Shown here: in pieces, positions 9,340-19,369 of the stretch
Numbering within the stretch: position 1 is the first letter of the stretch
How the letters are laid out: the number at the start of each line of letters is the position of its first letter
Source of the DNA: Deltaproteobacteria bacterium
Lineage (GTDB): Bacteria; Myxococcota_A; UBA9160; UBA6930
Direction of reading: 5' to 3'
Length of the DNA: 64,000 bases
Assembly: GCA_029261815.1 (NCBI GenBank)
Contig: JAJDAQ010000086.1
Location: 47,448 to 111,447 of the forward strand
The notes under the pieces: generated by a model
Told to the model about the DNA's origin: nothing
Databases searched by the model: none
The model's input: the letters and a program-made list of their open reading frames with translations, nothing else
Made by a program: the position numbers and the translations under genes

Positions 9340-10653
9340 ATGCGGCCCGACTTCCCGTTCCGCCCGGCCGCGCTGCCGTTCTACTACGGCTGGGTTGTGC
9401 TCGTGGCCTCGACCCTGGGCATCGTGATGAGCGCGCCGGGGCAGACCATCGGTGTCTCCGTCTTCACGGAATCGCTATTGGACGCCACCGGTCTGTCGCG
9501 AGTCGATTTCAGCGAGACCTACCTGATCGGAACGCTGATCAGCGGGCTGTTGCTTCCCGCTGCGGGGGGCTTCGTCGACCGCTTCGGGGTTCGGCGCGGC
9601 GTGGTGCTGGCTTCCGTGGGCCTTGGCAGCGTACTGGTGTTCCTGAGCCAGGTGGACCGGATCGCGGAAGCCGTCGCCGGCCTCGGGCCCTCGCCGCGCG
9701 TTTCTGCCTACGGGCTCCTGGTGCTGGGGTTCCTGGGGCTTCGGTTCTCGGGCCAGGGGATGCTCACGCTCGTCTCGCGGACCATGTTAGGCCGATGGTT
9801 CGAGCGCAGGCGCGGTCTGGTTTCTTCGATCCAGGGCCCGTTTTCGAGCATTGCCTTCGCCAGTTCCCCCGTGGTGCTCGCCGGGTGGGTGTCGGCATCC
9901 GGGTGGCGCGGCGCGTGGCTCGAGATGGCCCTCGTCGTGGGGGTCGGCATGGCGTTCGCGGGTTGGCTGCTGTTTCGGGAAAGCCCCGAAGCCTGTGGTC
10001 TGGTTCTCGACGGTGGCCTTTCGCCGATCGACGCGTCCACGAGTGCGCCTCCGCCCGCGACGCGTGACTTCACGCGAGGCGAGGCGCTGCGAACAGCCGC
10101 GTTCTGGGTGGTCACGCTCGGGATCGGGAACCACGCGATGGTGGGGACCGGCATGGCGTTCCATATCGTCGACCTCGGTGCGGAGGCCGGGCTCACCGAG
10201 GCGCAATCCCTGGGGCTCTTCCTGCCGGTCACCCTTGTCAGCGTGCCGACCGGAATCCTGGTTGGGGCCGCCGTCGATCGCTTCCCGATTCGTTTCCTCG
10301 TCATGGCCATGATGGTCGGTCAGATGCTGATGTTCGGGCTGGCCCCGCACCTGGGCGACCCGTTGCTGCACGCGATCTGCATCGCGGGCTGGGGATTCTC
10401 CGGGGGGTTCTATGGGCCGCTGACCGTGGCCGCGCTCCCGAATTTCTTCGGCCGTGAGCACCTGGGTGCGATCCAAGGCGTGATGATGATGGTAATCGTC
10501 GTCGCGAGCGCCCTCGGGCCGGCATTGCTCGCCTACGTCAAGGATGCCTTCGGTTCCTACACGCCCGGACTGCACGCGTTGGCCTTCCTGCCGCTGGTGG
10601 TTCTGCTCGTGGCGCCTTTCACTCGCAATCCGCAGCAGCGATCGGCGGTCTGA
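9340..10653 (+). CDS. MFS transporter
   Basis: 437 aa, hydrophobic throughout with about 12 predicted helices and an MFS-like loop (GGFVDRFGVRRG). Confidence 0.8.
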   Translation: MRPDFPFRPAALPFYYGWVVLVASTLGIVMSAPGQTIGVSVFTESLLDATGLSRVDFSETYLIGTLISGLLLPAAGGFVDRFGVRRGVVLASVGLGSVLVFLSQVDRIAEAVAGLGPSPRVSAYGLLVLGFLGLRFSGQGMLTLVSRTMLGRWFERRRGLVSSIQGPFSSIAFASSPVVLAGWVSASGWRGAWLEMALVVGVGMAFAGWLLFRESPEACGLVLDGGLSPIDASTSAPPPATRDFTRGEALRTAAFWVVTLGIGNHAMVGTGMAFHIVDLGAEAGLTEAQSLGLFLPVTLVSVPTGILVGAAVDRFPIRFLVMAMMVGQMLMFGLAPHLGDPLLHAICIAGWGFSGGFYGPLTVAALPNFFGREHLGAIQGVMMMVIVVASALGPALLAYVKDAFGSYTPGLHALAFLPLVVLLVAPFTRNPQQRSAV

Positions 10654-10713
10654 GCCCACCCGGACCGGGTTCGTCTACACTCGCCCGTCCCGTTGCTGGA
10701 GGAACTGGAGCCG

Positions 10714-13700
10714 ATGAGCCTCGAGAGTGTATTGGTGGCCAACCGTGGCGAGATCGCCGTGCGCATCCTGCGCGCGGCGGCGGAACTGGGCATCGAATCG
10801 GTCGCGATCCACTCCTCGGATGACGCGGCCTCGTTGCACGTCCGCAAGGCCGACCGCGCAATCGCGCTCTCGGGAAAGGGCGCTGCCGCCTATCTCGATA
10901 TTCCAACCGTCGTAGCGGCCGCCGTGAGTGCGGGCGTCCAGGCCGTGCACCCGGGCTATGGCTTCCTGTCCGAGAACGCCGAGTTCGCCCGCCAATGCCG
11001 TGAGGCCGGTCTCGTCTTCGTCGGGCCCGCGAGCGAGACCCTGGCCCAGTTCGGCGACAAGGCCCGTGCCCGTGAGCTGGCGCAGGCGTGCGACGTTTCC
11101 GTGCTCAACGGCACCTCGGGACCGACCTCGCTGGACGACGTCTGCGCGTTCTTCGACTCCCTGGGCGACGGCGCAGCCGTGATGATCAAGGCGATTGCGG
11201 GCGGCGGCGGGCGCGGCATGCGTGCGGTGGAACGCCGCGAGGATCTGGCCGAGGCATACGATCGTTGTCAGTCGGAGGCGACCAAGGCGTTCGGGAGTGG
11301 CGACGTCTACGCTGAGGAACTCGTACGACGTGCGCGTCACATCGAAGTGCAGATCCTCGGAGACGGCTCCGATGTCAGCCATCTGCACGAGCGTGAGTGC
11401 ACGCTGCAGCGCCGAAACCAGAAGCTGATCGAGATCGCGCCCAGCCCCACGTTGGCCGCGTCGACCCGCGACGCACTGACCGAAGCCTCGGTCCGGATGG
11501 CGCGGGCCGTCGACTACGCAAGCCTGGGTACGTTCGAGTTTCTGGTGGACGCAGAAGATGAGACCCGCTTCGCATTCATCGAAGCCAACGCGCGCTTGCA
11601 GGTCGAGCACACGGTGACTGAAGAAGTGACCGGGATCGATCTGGTGCGTGCGCAGCTCGAGATCGCCGGCGGTGCGACATTGACGTCACTCGGACTCGAT
11701 CAGGCCGACATCCCCGCGCCCCGGGGTTTCGCGATCCAGTGTCGCGTCAACACCGAGAAGATGAACAAGAAGGGGACACCGCTCCCGAGTGGGGGGAAGC
11801 TCACGGCGTTCGAGCCGCCGTCGGGTCTGGGCATTCGCACGGATACCTACGGTTACACCGGCTACACGACGAGCCCCGCGTTCGACTCGCTACTGGCGAA
11901 ACTCATCGCCCATTCGACGTCGCCGCGGTTCGAGGACGCCGTCATACGCGCACATCGCGGCCTCGCGGAGTTTCGCATCGAGGGCTTTGCGACCAACATC
12001 GGATTCCTCCAGGCGTTGCTGCGCCACCCCGACGTGGTCGCAAACCGTGTGACGACCAAGTTCGTCGAGGACAACGCCCGGGAACTCGCCGGGTCGCCGA
12101 TCGAGACACGGACCTTCCCGGCCGCCGATTCGGAACCACCGGCCTCGCCGGAGGCTTCGGTAGCCGGGCTCGCCGGCGTGAAGCTCGATTCAACGGATCC
12201 CCTTGCCGTACTCGACCATGGGAAGGCGGAGAGGGCGGTGCAGTCATCGAAGCCGGCGGCGACGCCGGTCGCCGAGTCCACGGGCCCGGCTGGGGCCATC
12301 GCCGTCGCCGCGCCGGTCCAGGGCACCATCGTCAGTCTCGAGGTCGCGGAGGGGGACCTCGTCCATGCTGGACGCCCGCTCCTGGTCATGGAAGCGATGA
12401 AGATGGAACACGTCGTCACGGCCGGAGTGTCGGGTCGTGTCGCGAGTCTTGGGGTGGCGGCTGGCGACACCGTGCTCGAAGGCCACCCGCTTGTCTTCAT
12501 CGAAGCCCGCGAAGTCGCGGCTGAGCGGGAGGACGAAGCCGCCCAGATCGATCTGGATCATGTCCGACCGGACCTGGCCGAGGTCTTTGACCGCCACGCC
12601 ATGGGTTTGGACGCGAAGCGCCCCAAGGCGGTGGAGAAGCGCCGAAAAACCGGGCAAAGAACGGCGCGCGAGAACGTCGCCGACCTGGTCGATGAGGGAA
12701 GCTTCATCGAGTACGGCGGACTCATGCTGGCGGCACAACGGCGCCGTCGCAGCGTGGAAGACCTGATCGAAAATACGCCCGGCGACGGCATGATCGCCGG
12801 CGTCGGGACCGTCAACGCGGCGCTCTTTCCGGACACCGACGCGCGCTGCGTCGCGATGTCATACGACTACACGGTCCTGGCTGGAACGCAGGGCGGGCAG
12901 AACCATCGCAAGAAGGATCGGATGTTCGAGCTCGCCGAAGAGTGGCAGCTCCCGGTCGTGCTCTTCAGTGAAGGGGGTGGCGGCCGCCCCGGTGATACCG
13001 ATGGCGTGGGCGGCAGTGGACTCGATTGTTGGGCGTTCCAGTACTTCGGCGCTCTGTCGGGGCTGGTGCCGCTCGTGGGCGTCAACAGCGGCTATTGCTT
13101 TGCCGGCAACGCCGCATTGCTTGGCTGTTGCGATGTCGTGATTGCGACGGCCAATTCGAACATCGGAATGGGTGGCCCCGCGATGATCGAAGGCGGCGGG
13201 CTCGGAGTGTTTCGCCCGGACGAAGTCGGGCCGATGGAAGTGCAGCGCGCCAACGGCGTGGTCGATATCGCGGTCGAAGACGAGGCCGAGGCGACCGCGG
13301 TGGCGAAGCAGTACCTCTCGTATTTTCAAGGTGCGCTCGAGGACTGGGATTGCGCGGACCCGCGGCTCCTCCGAAGTGCGATCCCCGAGAACCGCCTGCG
13401 GATCTACGACGTGCGGGAGGTCATCGCCGGTCTCGCGGATACCGGTTCGGTCCTGGAGCTGCGTCGCGATTTCGGCCACGGGATGGTCACGGCGTTCGCA
13501 CGTGTCGAGGGTCGCCCGATCGGGATCATCGCGAACAACCCGACCCACCTGGCCGGCGCCATTGACAGTCCGGGTGCAGACAAGGCCTCGCGATTCATGC
13601 AGCTCTGTGATGCCTTCGATGTGCCCATCCTGTTCTTGTGTGACACGCCCGGAATCATGGTCGGTCCCGAGGCCGAGAAATCAGGAACCGTCCGCCACGC

Positions 13701-14118
13701 CGCACGCATGTTTGTCACAGGCGCGAGCCTGAGCGTGCCCTACTTCACGATCGTCCTGCGCAAAGGTTACGGGCTCGGCGCTCAAGCGATGGCGGGCGGG
13801 AGCTTCAAGGCGCCGTTCTTTACCGTCGCATGGCCTACAGGAGAGTTCGGCGGCATGGGGCTCGAGGGGGCGGTGAAGCTTGGCTACCGGAAGGAACTCG
13901 CTGCGCTCGAGGACCCGGACGAGCGACGTGCCCTCTACGACAAGATGGTTGCCGGCATGTATGACCGGGGGAAGGCCGTGAGCACAGCGTCGTTCTTCGA
14001 GATCGACGACGTGATCGACCCCGCCGACTCCCGTCACTGGATCTCGAGGGCGTTGGCTTCGGTTCCGCCGGCCCCGCGCCGTCGCACGAAGAAGCGGCCG
14101 TTCGTCGACACCTGGTAA
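10714..14118 (+). CDS. Single-chain acyl-CoA carboxylase (biotin carboxylase + BCCP + carboxyltransferase fused)
   Basis: N-terminal BC/ATP-grasp domain (VLVANRGEIAVRILRAA, HIEVQILGD). Biotinyl domain with the EAMKMEH motif. C-terminal about 520 aa is a carboxyltransferase (YDYTVLAGTQGGQNHRKKDR, FLCDTPGIMVG). ATG at 10714 preferred over the listed TTG at 10693. Confidence 0.85.
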   Translation: MSLESVLVANRGEIAVRILRAAAELGIESVAIHSSDDAASLHVRKADRAIALSGKGAAAYLDIPTVVAAAVSAGVQAVHPGYGFLSENAEFARQCREAGLVFVGPASETLAQFGDKARARELAQACDVSVLNGTSGPTSLDDVCAFFDSLGDGAAVMIKAIAGGGGRGMRAVERREDLAEAYDRCQSEATKAFGSGDVYAEELVRRARHIEVQILGDGSDVSHLHERECTLQRRNQKLIEIAPSPTLAASTRDALTEASVRMARAVDYASLGTFEFLVDAEDETRFAFIEANARLQVEHTVTEEVTGIDLVRAQLEIAGGATLTSLGLDQADIPAPRGFAIQCRVNTEKMNKKGTPLPSGGKLTAFEPPSGLGIRTDTYGYTGYTTSPAFDSLLAKLIAHSTSPRFEDAVIRAHRGLAEFRIEGFATNIGFLQALLRHPDVVANRVTTKFVEDNARELAGSPIETRTFPAADSEPPASPEASVAGLAGVKLDSTDPLAVLDHGKAERAVQSSKPAATPVAESTGPAGAIAVAAPVQGTIVSLEVAEGDLVHAGRPLLVMEAMKMEHVVTAGVSGRVASLGVAAGDTVLEGHPLVFIEAREVAAEREDEAAQIDLDHVRPDLAEVFDRHAMGLDAKRPKAVEKRRKTGQRTARENVADLVDEGSFIEYGGLMLAAQRRRRSVEDLIENTPGDGMIAGVGTVNAALFPDTDARCVAMSYDYTVLAGTQGGQNHRKKDRMFELAEEWQLPVVLFSEGGGGRPGDTDGVGGSGLDCWAFQYFGALSGLVPLVGVNSGYCFAGNAALLGCCDVVIATANSNIGMGGPAMIEGGGLGVFRPDEVGPMEVQRANGVVDIAVEDEAEATAVAKQYLSYFQGALEDWDCADPRLLRSAIPENRLRIYDVREVIAGLADTGSVLELRRDFGHGMVTAFARVEGRPIGIIANNPTHLAGAIDSPGADKASRFMQLCDAFDVPILFLCDTPGIMVGPEAEKSGTVRHAARMFVTGASLSVPYFTIVLRKGYGLGAQAMAGGSFKAPFFTVAWPTGEFGGMGLEGAVKLGYRKELAALEDPDERRALYDKMVAGMYDRGKAVSTASFFEIDDVIDPADSRHWISRALASVPPAPRRRTKKRPFVDTW

Positions 14119-14140
14119 ACGGAAACGGAACGGAGACAGC

Positions 14141-15217
14141 ATGTTCGACCTGGATCCCGGCGATGAGTTGGCCCTGATCGTCGATACTGCCCGGAAGCTT
14201 GCAGAAACGGAGCTGACGCCCCGAATGAGGGAGTCCGAAGCCGCGCGCGCCGTCGATGCCGGTCTGCTCGCGGCCTGGGATGAAGTCGGTCTCGCGGCGC
14301 TTGAGCTGCCCGAGCGCCACGATGGTGCTGGCCTCGGCTGTGTCGCGCGTGTGCTGGTCAACGAGGAACTTGCGGCCGGCGATGCCGGCGCGGCGCTCGC
14401 GCTCGACCCGTTCGGGCCGGCGTTGACGACATTGCTCGAAGTCGGCGGCGACGATGCAGTGACCGCGCTGACGAGTGCCTTGGATCACGGGGCGTCCCGC
14501 GCGATCCTCGTGATCGTCGACGCCGTCGATGTCTCCGCTGACACGCTGACGCTGGACGCGGCCTGGGTTCCGGCGGATGAGGCGGGGGCCGTCGTCGTCC
14601 TGGCCGGCTCCGACGCGTTTCTGGTCACCGAGGGGATCTCCCTCGAGCGCGTTCGCGGGGCAGGTCTGCGCGCCGCGGGTGCTGCAAGGCTCGAACTCGA
14701 GGGAGCCTCGATCGCCGGCCGCTGGACGGACGCCGCTGGTGCGGAGCGGGCCCGAGCGCGTGCGCGCCTCCATGCGGCATCGCTGCTGCTGGGTGTGATG
14801 CGAAGCGCGTGCGATTTCTCCACCGCCTACTCCCAGGAGCGCGAGGCCTTCGGGAAGCCGATCGGTCACCACCAGGCCCTTGCGTTCCTGATGGTCGACA
14901 TGCGGATGGCGCTCGATGCGGCGCGTTTGCTCGTGCATGAGGCGGCTTGGCGCGTCGACCGCGCGTTGCCCTGCGCCGCAGAGGCGGCCGCCGCATGGGC
15001 CGAGTGCATTGAAGCCTCGCGGCTGATCGGCCCCAACGGGGTCCAGGTGCTCGGCGGCCACGGCTTCATGGCCGACTATCCGGTTGAAAAACACATGCGA
15101 GAGTCGCGTGCACTCGGTTTGCTATTCGGGGGCTACGACGCGGCCATCGAGGAAGCGGGCCAACGACTCGTGGAAACCGACACGCCGCTTGACCTCGGCC
15201 AGTCAGGAGCGCTGTGA
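14141..15217 (+). CDS. Acyl-CoA dehydrogenase-fold protein, probably a non-catalytic partner subunit
   Basis: ACAD N- and C-terminal helical domains are recognisable (YSQEREAFGKPIGHHQALAF). The position of the catalytic-base motif (I/V)YEGT reads LLFGGY. The middle domain is Ala/Gly-rich. Confidence 0.7.
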   Translation: MFDLDPGDELALIVDTARKLAETELTPRMRESEAARAVDAGLLAAWDEVGLAALELPERHDGAGLGCVARVLVNEELAAGDAGAALALDPFGPALTTLLEVGGDDAVTALTSALDHGASRAILVIVDAVDVSADTLTLDAAWVPADEAGAVVVLAGSDAFLVTEGISLERVRGAGLRAAGAARLELEGASIAGRWTDAAGAERARARARLHAASLLLGVMRSACDFSTAYSQEREAFGKPIGHHQALAFLMVDMRMALDAARLLVHEAAWRVDRALPCAAEAAAAWAECIEASRLIGPNGVQVLGGHGFMADYPVEKHMRESRALGLLFGGYDAAIEEAGQRLVETDTPLDLGQSGAL

Positions 15218-16389
15218 TGGAATTCGCGATCGACGCCGCGATGCGGGAACGAATCGAAGAGGCGCGAGAAGTCGGGCAGCGTGAGATTCGCCCCGCCGGC
15301 CTCGAGGCCGATCGGAATGCCGCGCCGATTCCGGTGGGAGATCCCTTCTTCGACCGGTGTCTGGAACGCGGCGAAGGACGAACGCGCTGGGCGGGCCCGA
15401 ACGCGCCGAAATCGAAGCCCCGAAAATCGAACGTGATCTTGAGCCTGCTGTTGGCCGAGGAACTCGCCTACTGGGACCGCGGTGTGATCAACGCCACGCC
15501 AGGCCCTGGACTCCCGGAACAGAGCGTGATCGGCATGGGGACCGATGAGCAGAAGGAGCGCTTCCTCGGCCCCTTCCTCGAACCCGACAAGCCCCGCTGG
15601 GCTTGTTTCGGAATGACCGAGCCGGGGGCCGGTTCCGACGCGGCCGCGATTCGTACACTGGCGCGCAGGGACGGTGACCACTGGATCCTGAACGGGGCCA
15701 AGTGCTTCATCGGCGCGGCCTCGCGTTCCGACTGGCTGCTCATCCAGGCCACCGTCGACCCGAGCAAGGGTCGGGCGGCACAGCGCGCATTTCTGGTCGA
15801 GCAGGGAACGCCTGGGCTCGGCGGGTTCAAGATCGAAAAGAAAATGGGGCTCAAAGCGTACGAATCGACGTCGTTCACGCTTGAAGACGTCCGCCTCCCA
15901 GCCTCTAATTTGCTAGGCGGCGAGGAACGTTACGAGCGAAAGGCCGGCTTCAAGGCCGCGATGCAGACGTTCAATGCCGGGCGGCCAGTGATCGCGGCGA
16001 ACGCCGTGGGAATCGCTCGCGCGGCTCTCGATGAATCGATCCGGTTCGCCCGCGAGACGGACCTCCTCGGGCGTGACCGGGTGCGCGACCGGATCGAAGC
16101 GATCGCGCGAAAAGTGCGGAAGGCGCGGCTCATCTGCCTCCGTGCGGGTTGGCTGGCCGATCAGCAACGGGCCAACATCATCGAGGCGTCGATGTCGAAA
16201 GCGATGGCGGCCCAGGTGGCGCAGGAAGCCGCGAGCATGGGTCTCGAACTGCTGGGTCTGGTCGGGGGACGCGGGGACCATCTGATCGAGAAGCTCTACC
16301 GCGATGCGAAGGCGATGGACATCGTCGAGGGCACGGGGCAGATCCAGCGGATGATCATCGCGCGGCAGCTCGTCGGGCTGCCGCGTTAG
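15217..16389 (+). CDS. Acyl-CoA dehydrogenase (catalytic subunit)
   Basis: CFGMTEPGAGSDAAA, and YRDAKAMDIVEGTGQIQ with the catalytic Glu present. The start overlaps the stop of the upstream ACAD-fold gene; RBS CAGGAG at 15204-15209. Confidence 0.85.
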   Translation: MEFAIDAAMRERIEEAREVGQREIRPAGLEADRNAAPIPVGDPFFDRCLERGEGRTRWAGPNAPKSKPRKSNVILSLLLAEELAYWDRGVINATPGPGLPEQSVIGMGTDEQKERFLGPFLEPDKPRWACFGMTEPGAGSDAAAIRTLARRDGDHWILNGAKCFIGAASRSDWLLIQATVDPSKGRAAQRAFLVEQGTPGLGGFKIEKKMGLKAYESTSFTLEDVRLPASNLLGGEERYERKAGFKAAMQTFNAGRPVIAANAVGIARAALDESIRFARETDLLGRDRVRDRIEAIARKVRKARLICLRAGWLADQQRANIIEASMSKAMAAQVAQEAASMGLELLGLVGGRGDHLIEKLYRDAKAMDIVEGTGQIQRMIIARQLVGLPR

Positions 16390-16401
16390 GCGGGAGAAGA
16401 A

Positions 16402-17184
16402 ATGCCTGATTTCGGTCGATTCGGCGACGTGGCCGTGACCCTCGACGACGGGTTCGTGGCACTCGCCGAGGTCCAGCGTCCGCCCAACAACTTCTTCGAT
16501 CACGCGCTGATCGCATCGCTGGCGGACGCGTTCGAGGCGCTCGATGCGGAGGCCGGATGCCGCGCGATCGTGCTCGCATCCGACGGGCGGCATTTCTGCG
16601 CGGGCGCGAATTTCGCTTCAAAGGAGCCCGCGACAACGGGAACGTCGGGAACGCATCTCTATGACGAAGCCGTGCGTTTGTTCGCAACACAGACGCCCGT
16701 CGTCGCCGCAGTTCAGGGGGCTGCCATCGGCGGCGGGTTGGGCCTCGCACTGATGCCCGACTTCCGGGTGGCTGCACCGGAAGCGCGCTTCAGTGCGAAC
16801 TTCGCCCGACTCGGCTTCCACCACGGTTTTGGGCTGTCGGTGACACTCCCGAGGTTGGTCGGTCCACAAGCGGCGGCCGAACTGCTCTACACGGGGCGGC
16901 GGCTCAAGGGGGAGGAAGCGCACGCGTTGGGCCTGTGCGACCGACTCGTTGCGTTGGCCGACGTCCGCGACGAGGCGCATGCGCTCGCGGCCGAGATCGC
17001 GACCTCGGCGCCGCTCGCCATCGCAAGCATTCGGGAGACGCTCCGCGGCGGGCTCGCCGACGAAATCCGTACTGCCACCGACCGCGAGAAGGCTGAGCAG
17101 GACCGGCTTCAGCGGACCGCTGATTTCAAAGAAGGCACCCGCGCCATGGCGGAACGAAGAGCCCCCCGGTTCGAGGGGCGCTGA
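16402..17184 (+). CDS. Enoyl-CoA hydratase/isomerase (crotonase) family
   Basis: Crotonase oxyanion-hole blocks (FCAGANF, AAVQGAAIGGGLGLAL). Confidence 0.85.
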   Translation: MPDFGRFGDVAVTLDDGFVALAEVQRPPNNFFDHALIASLADAFEALDAEAGCRAIVLASDGRHFCAGANFASKEPATTGTSGTHLYDEAVRLFATQTPVVAAVQGAAIGGGLGLALMPDFRVAAPEARFSANFARLGFHHGFGLSVTLPRLVGPQAAAELLYTGRRLKGEEAHALGLCDRLVALADVRDEAHALAAEIATSAPLAIASIRETLRGGLADEIRTATDREKAEQDRLQRTADFKEGTRAMAERRAPRFEGR

Positions 17185-17185
17185 A

Positions 17186-19369
17186 TCAAGGGACCTGCGT
17201 CGGGCGCACCTGGATCGGGATCGCGCTCATCAGCGGGATCCCGGTGTAGGGGTCGTAGTCGCGGTCGACCGGGGTCAGTCGCCCGGTGTTGCTCCCGGTG
17301 TTCCGAACGTCAAGATCGGCGCGGCTGCCCGGGACGTCGCCGTACCCATGCGGCATCGAAACCAGGCCGCGGCGGAGCCCGTCCTCGGGCTGGACGACGC
17401 CAAGAATCGCGGCGTGGTCGGACTGGATCTCGACGATGTCGCCGGCCGCTACGCCGAGGGTGGCCATGTCATCCGGATGCATGAAGGCCGGGTTCGTCTT
17501 CCACTGCCGGGTGAGCCTGGGGATGTCTCGTCCCGCCGAGTTGTGGCTCGAGAGCAGGCGACGGCTGATCAGTCGGAAGGGGTAGTCGCCCGCGGTCGGC
17601 ATCGGCTCGACAGCGACTTCCGCGAGTTCGCCCATCATCAGGTCATTCGCGAGGTCGAGTCGGTCCTCGCAGCCGGTGCGCTTCGGGAGCACGGTACTGG
17701 TCGGTGCCTCGAAGACGGCGCCATGCGGGTGACGCTTCACTTCGGACAGCGGGACACGCGAACCCGTGGTCAGCATCTCGAACAGCCCGTCGGTGGTTGG
17801 CGGTCGTTCCATGTCGAGTTCGAAGACCGCAGGGTTCTCGACGGTCGGACCCCAGGAGTACGACGACGTCACGGTCAAGGGAAGTCCCATCGCACGGCCG
17901 AGGCCGTAGAAGAACGCCCACTCTTCGATGACATCCGATCCTGTCGGCGGATCGACCAGGGCGGGCGCGTACTGGGCGTAGGGCATGCCATAACCCATCG
18001 CGTAGGGAACGAGCGTTTCTGTCGGGAGCGACATCCCCGGTTGTTCGAGCGAGAGCCGGGGTGCGATGACGTAGTCGGCAAGCTGAGCCGTCGCGGACAT
18101 CTTGATGTCACAAGTCACGAGGAGCTCGAGCGCTTCCATCGCTGCATGCGTCTTGAGTTGGTCGGGCCACGCGGCCATTGGATTTCCGCCGATGCAGAAG
18201 AGCGCCTTTACCTGCCCCGGTCCCTCCAGCAGGATCTCGTCGGCCAGCGCCGCGGTGGGTAGGCCGGCCGCGGTGTCGGTCAGACCCCGGATGCGAAGTC
18301 GCTCGCCGAACCCCCAGCCCGGCGTCGGTGCCGAGGGTTCCGCACGGACCTCGACCGGCGGTAACAGGGCGCCGGGGTTCGGGAGCAGCTCGCCGGCTCG
18401 GAGCCAGCGGCCGCATAGCGTGTTCAGGCAGAGCAGGAGGTACTCCGTGAGGTTTCCGCGGCGGGCCATGTTCGGCCCCGTCCCCGCATTCGCGCAGCCG
18501 CGGCTGCCGCCGGCGAAAACGCGCGCGGCGCGCACGATTTCCTCGGCCGGAACATCTGCGCGCCGTGAGACGGCTTCGGGCGTAAAGGGGGCCACGGCCG
18601 CGCGCAGGTTCTCGAAGCCGGCGGCGTTCTCCTCGATGAAATCCTTGTCGTGGAGACCCTCGTCGATGATGACGCGGAGGATGCCCGCCAGGACGGTCGG
18701 GTCTTCGCCCGGGCGCGGTTGCAGGTGGACGGCGGCCTTTCGCGCCGCGTCGCTGCGGCGCGGATCGATCACGACGAGCTGGAGGCCGTCCTTGACCGCG
18801 CGATCGAGGTGCCAAGCGGGGTTGTGTACGGGCACGCCGATGGACTTCGACACGCTCGGGTTGGCGCCGACCAACATCCAGGTGTCCGCGCCTTGCCACG
18901 GCTGCGCGCCTGCGGCCCACCGGCCGTGCAGGGCGGGTGCGATCATCTTGCCCGGCTGATCGATCGTGGCGCTGGTGAAGCGCATGGGCGATCCGATCGC
19001 GTTCATCCATGCCATCGCGACGGGGACTGCGGCCGGGTACGGAAACGAGAACGTGCCGGTGTAGATCGCAACCGATCGCGGGCCGTGCTCGTCGAGAATG
19101 GCCTGCACGCGGGCGGCGACCTCGGCGATCGCCTGTTGGTGGGGAATGGCGTCGTGCCCTCCAGCGGCATTGCGCTTCTGGCTATGCAGCAGGCGGTCCG
19201 GGTGGGCGTGCTGTTCGGGGAGGGCATGCCCCTTCGGGCAGGCGTAGCCGTGGTAGATCGGGTTCTCCCGGTCGCCACGCACTTTCACGGCGCGCCCGTC
19301 TTCGACATCGACGAGGATTGCGCACGATGCGTGGCAGAACCGACAGATCGACGGATGGGTTTCAGTCAT
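17186..19369 (-). CDS. Molybdopterin (bis-MGD) oxidoreductase, cytoplasmic, with an N-terminal [4Fe-4S] motif
   Basis: 727 aa with CRFCHASC...CPKG (CxxCxxxC...C). MopB blocks, no twin-arginine signal, uninterrupted frame. Paralog of 54568-56745. Confidence 0.8.
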   Translation of the reverse strand: MTETHPSICRFCHASCAILVDVEDGRAVKVRGDRENPIYHGYACPKGHALPEQHAHPDRLLHSQKRNAAGGHDAIPHQQAIAEVAARVQAILDEHGPRSVAIYTGTFSFPYPAAVPVAMAWMNAIGSPMRFTSATIDQPGKMIAPALHGRWAAGAQPWQGADTWMLVGANPSVSKSIGVPVHNPAWHLDRAVKDGLQLVVIDPRRSDAARKAAVHLQPRPGEDPTVLAGILRVIIDEGLHDKDFIEENAAGFENLRAAVAPFTPEAVSRRADVPAEEIVRAARVFAGGSRGCANAGTGPNMARRGNLTEYLLLCLNTLCGRWLRAGELLPNPGALLPPVEVRAEPSAPTPGWGFGERLRIRGLTDTAAGLPTAALADEILLEGPGQVKALFCIGGNPMAAWPDQLKTHAAMEALELLVTCDIKMSATAQLADYVIAPRLSLEQPGMSLPTETLVPYAMGYGMPYAQYAPALVDPPTGSDVIEEWAFFYGLGRAMGLPLTVTSSYSWGPTVENPAVFELDMERPPTTDGLFEMLTTGSRVPLSEVKRHPHGAVFEAPTSTVLPKRTGCEDRLDLANDLMMGELAEVAVEPMPTAGDYPFRLISRRLLSSHNSAGRDIPRLTRQWKTNPAFMHPDDMATLGVAAGDIVEIQSDHAAILGVVQPEDGLRRGLVSMPHGYGDVPGSRADLDVRNTGSNTGRLTPVDRDYDPYTGIPLMSAIPIQVRPTQVP

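Noticed and set aside
17186-19369. Selenocysteine recoding in the formate-dehydrogenase-like MopB genes (also 54568-56745).
   Set aside because: Both frames are uninterrupted with no in-frame TGA, and no SECIS-like hairpin is needed.
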